Shown: positions 60,032-64,000 of the stretch, piece by piece
Numbering within the stretch: the stretch's first letter is position 1
Layout of the letters: every line of letters starts with the position of its first letter
Source of the DNA: Octopus sinensis
Taxonomy: Eukaryota
Direction of reading: 5' to 3'
NCBI RefSeq assembly: GCF_006345805.1
Contig: NC_043000.1
Span: 4,588,001-4,652,000, forward strand
Length of the DNA: 64,000 nt
Notes under the pieces: model-generated
What the model was told of the DNA's origin: nothing
The model's input: only the letters and a program-made list of their open reading frames with translations
Database searches by the model: none
Program-made: the position numbers and the translations under genes

Positions 60032-63000
60032 TCATCTTTGATGTCTTTCGGGACTCCTCTTTGTTCTCTTTTGGCACCCTCTTTGATCTCTGTAGGTACT
60101 CCTCTTTGATCTCTGTCGATACTCCTCTTTGATCTCTGACGGCTTTCCTCTTTGATCTCTGTCGGTACTCCCCTTTGATCTCTTTCGGCACCCTCTTTAA
60201 TCTATTTCGGTACCCTCTTTGATCACTTTCGGTACACTCTTTGATCACTTTCGGCACTCTCATTGATCTCTTTCGGCACCCTATTTTATATCTTTCGGCA
60301 CATTCTTTGATCTCTTTCGGCACCGTCTTAGATCTTTTTCGGCATATTCTTTGATCTTTTTCGGGACCCTCTTTCATCTCTTTCGACACCCTCTTTGATC
60401 TCTATCGGTACTCCTCTTTGATCTCTGTTGGTACTCCTTTTTGATCTCTGTCGGTACTACTCCTTGATCTCTGTCGGCATTCCTCTTTGATCTCTGACGG
60501 CATTCCTCTTTGATCTCTGACGTCATTCCTCTTTGATCTCTGTCGGTACTTCTATTTGATCTCTGTCGGCATTCTCTTTGATCTCTGTCAGTACTCCTCT
60601 TTGATCTCTGACGGTATTCCTCTTTGATCTCTGTCGATACTCTCCTTTGATCTCTGTCGGCTTCCTCTTTGATCTCTGACGGGATTCCTCTTTGATATAT
60701 GTCGGTACATCCATTTGATCTCTATCGGTACTCTCCTTTGATCTCTGTCGGCATTCCTCTTTGATCTCTGTCGGTATTCCTCTTTGATCTCTGTCGGCAT
60801 TCTCTTTCGGCACCGTCTTTGATCTCTTTCGTCAATATCTTTGATCTCTTTTGGCACCCTCTTTGATCTCTTTAGGGACTCCTCTTTGATCTATTTCGGC
60901 ACCCTCTTTAATCTCTTTCGGTACCCTCTTTGATCTCTTTCGGCACCCTCTTTGATCTTTCTCGGCACCCTCTTTGATCTTTCTCGGCACCCTCTTTGAT
61001 CTATTTCGGCACCCTCTTTGATCTCTTTCGGGACCCTCTTTGATCTTTTTCGGCACCCTCTTTGATCTCTTTCGGCACCCTCTTTGATCTCTTTCGGCAC
61101 CATCTTTGATCTCTGTCGGCACCCTCTTTGATCTCTTTCGGGACTCTTCTTTGATCTCTTTCCGCACCCACTTTGATCTCTTTCGGCACCCACTTTGATC
61201 TCATTCGGCACAAACTTTCATCTCTTTCGAGATTCACCTTTGATCTCTTTCGGCAATCTCTTTGATGTCGGTACTCCTCTTTGATTTGTGACGGCATTCA
61301 TTTTTGATCTCTGTCGGTAAGCCCCTTTAATCTCTGCCGGCATTTCTCTTTGGTCTCTGTCGGCATTCCTCTTTGATCTCTGTCGGTACTCATCTTTGAT
61401 CTCTGCCCACATTCCTCTTTGATCTCTATCGGTACTCCTCTTTGATCTCTGACGGCATTCATCGTTGATCTATGTCGGTAATTCCCTTTGATCTCTGTCG
61501 GTACACACCTTTGACCACTGTTAGCATTCCTCTTTGATCTCTGTCGGTACTCCTCTTTCATCTCTGTCGGAACTCCTCTTATATCTCTGATTGCATTCCT
61601 ATTTGATCTATATCAGAACTCCCTTTGATCTCTGTCGGCATTCCCCTTTGATCTATGTCGGCATTCCTCTTTGATCTCTGACGGCATTCCTCTTTGATCT
61701 CTGTCGGTACTCCTATTTGATCTCTGTTGGCATTCTCTTTTATCTCTGTCGGTACTCATCTTTGATCTCTGACGGCATTCCTCTTTGATCTGCGTCAGTA
61801 CTTATCTTTGATCTCTGTCGACATTCCTATTTGATCTCTGTCGGCACTCATCTTTGGTCTCTGACGGCATTCCTCTTTGATCTCTGCCGGTATTCCACAT
61901 TGATCTCTGTCGGCATCCCCTTTTGATCTCTGTCGGCATCCCTCTTTGATCTCTGTCAGTACTCATCCTTGATCTCTGTCGGCATTCCTCATTGATCTCT
62001 GTCGGTACTCATCTTTGATCTCTGTCGGTATTCCCCTTTGATCTCTGTCGGCATTCCCCTTTGATCTCTGTCGGCATTCCTCTTTGATCTCTAACGGCAT
62101 TCCTCTTGATCTCTGTCGGTACACCTATTTGATCTCTGTCGGCATTCTCTTTTATCTCTGTCGGTACTCATCTTTGATCTCTGACGGCATTCCTCTTTGA
62201 TCTGCGTCAGTACTTATCTTTGATCTCTATCGGCATTCTTCTTTGATCTCCGTCGGCATCCTCTTTTGATCTATATCGGTATTCCTCTTTGATCTCTGTC
62301 AGAACTCATCCTTGATCTCTGTCGGCATTCCTCATTGATCTCTGTCGGTACTCCTCTTTGATCTCTGTCGGCATTCCTCATTGATTTCTGTCGGTACTGC
62401 TCTTTGATCTCTGTCGGGATTCCTCTTTGATCTCTGTCAGTACTCCTTTTTGATCTCTGTCGCCACCCCCTTTTGATCTATATCGGTATTCCCCTTTGAT
62501 CTCTGTCGGCATTCTTCTTTGATCTCTGTCGGTACTCCTCTTTGATCTCTTTCGGAATTCCCCTTTGATCTCTGTCGGCATTCCTTTTGATCTCTGTCGG
62601 TACTCCTCTTTGATCTCTGACGGTACTCATCTTTGATCTCTGTCGGCATTCCTCTTTGATCTCTGTCGGTAATCCTCTTTGATCTCTGACGGCATTCCTC
62701 TTTGATCTCTGTCAGTACTCCCCTTTGATCTCTGTGGGCATTCCCCTTTGATCTCTGTCGGTACTCCTCTTTGGTCTCTGACGGTATTCCTCTTTGATCT
62801 CTGTCAGTACTCCCCTTTGATCTCTGTCGGCATTCCTCTTTGATCTCTGTCGGTACTCCTCTTTGATCTCTGACGGCATTCCTCTTTGGTCTCTGTCGGT
62901 ACTCCTCTTTGGTCTCTGACGGCATTCCTCTTTGATCTCTGTCAGTATTCCCTTTGATCTCTGTCGGCATTCCTCTTTCATCTCTGTCGGTACTCCTCTT

Positions 63001-64000
63001 TGATCTCTGACGGCATTCCTCTTTGATCTCTGTCAGTACACCTCTTTGGTCTCTGACGGCATTCCTCTTTGATCTCTGCCGGTACTCCTCTTTGATCTCT
63101 GTCGGCATTCATCTTTGATCTCTGTCAGTAGTAACGTTTGATCTCTGTCGGCATTCCCCTTTGATCTCTGTCGGTACTCCCCTTTGATCACTTTCGGCAC
63201 TCTCTTTGATCTCTTTCGGCACTCTCTTAGATCTTTTTTGGCATATTCTTTGATCTTTTTCGGGACCCTCTTTCATCTCTTTCGACACCCACTTTGATCT
63301 CTATCGGTACTCCTCTTTGATCTCTTTTGGTACTCCTTTTTGATCTCTGTCGGCACCCTCTTTGATCTCTTTCGGCACCCTCTTTGATCTCTTTCGGTAC
63401 CCTCTTTGATATCTTTCGGGAATCTTGTTTGATATCTTTCGGCACCCTCTTTGATCTCTTTCGGCACCTTCTTTGATCTATTTCGGCACCCTCTTTGATC
63501 TCTTTCGGCAACCTCTTTGATCTCTTTCGGTACCATCTTTGATCTATTTCGGCACCCTCTTTAATCTCTTTCGGTACCCTCTTTGATACTTTCGGGACTC
63601 TTGTTTGATCTCTTTCGGCACCCTCTTTGATCTCTTTCGGCACCCTCTTTGATCTCTTTCAGCACCCTCTTTGATATTTTTCGGCACCCTCTTTGATCTA
63701 TTTCGGCACCCTCTTTGCTCACTTTCGGGACCCTCTTTCATCTTTTTCGGCACCCTCTTTGATCTCTTTCGGCACCCTCTTTGGTCTCTTTCGGCACCCT
63801 CTTTGATCTCTTTCGGCACACTCTTTGATCTCTTTCGGGACTCTTCTTTGATCTCTTTCCGCACCCACTTTGATCTCTTTCGGCACCCTCTTTGATCTCA
63901 TTCGTTGCAAACTTTCATCTCTTTCGAGATTCACCTTTGATCTCTTTCGGCAATCTCTTTGATTTCGGTACTCCTCTTTGATTTGTGACGGCATTCCGTT
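60032..64000. repeat. Copy 2 of the 22/23-bp satellite (runs off the window)
   Basis: Directly visible. Confidence 0.98.

Larger units (their letters stand above)
39622..64000 (+). repeat. Copy 2 of the direct duplication; contains second copies of all elements from 6142 onward
   Basis: Starts CGAGCTGTTTCAACAG (= 6142, mid-mariner) right after the gap. The end matches ~32770, with one ~2.3-kb satellite block missing. Confidence 0.97.

Overview
Eukaryotic, AT-rich, repeat-dominated genomic DNA. The tRNA-headed SINE, MITE and LINE families look like those of octopus/coleoid cephalopods (recognition from memory, not a database search). No confidently identifiable host protein gene is present; almost all ORFs in the track are by-products of tandem repeats, microsatellites or transposon relics. 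Layout: 1-3.7 kb holds a 176-bp satellite, a SINE, an 87-bp SINE-derived minisatellite and a (GAT)n tract. 3.8-4.7 kb holds two candidate minus-strand exons, one overlapped by a ~315-bp inverted repeat. 5.1-6.4 kb is a full-length decayed Hsmar1-like mariner. 6.4-26.5 kb is densely nested SINEs, MITEs, CR1/RTE relics and a Penelope-like hammerhead-containing segment. 26.5-38.1 kb is an 11.6-kb 22/23-bp satellite with higher-order structure. 38.5-39.4 kb is a CR1-like LINE 3' end whose tail matches one SINE family. A 100-N gap follows, and 39622-64000 is a near-identical direct copy of 6142-~32770, most likely an uncollapsed haplotype. The most promising leads are an intronic ECS-like hairpin over a candidate exon end, a hammerhead-like motif pair, and a covarying LINE/SINE 3' stem-loop.
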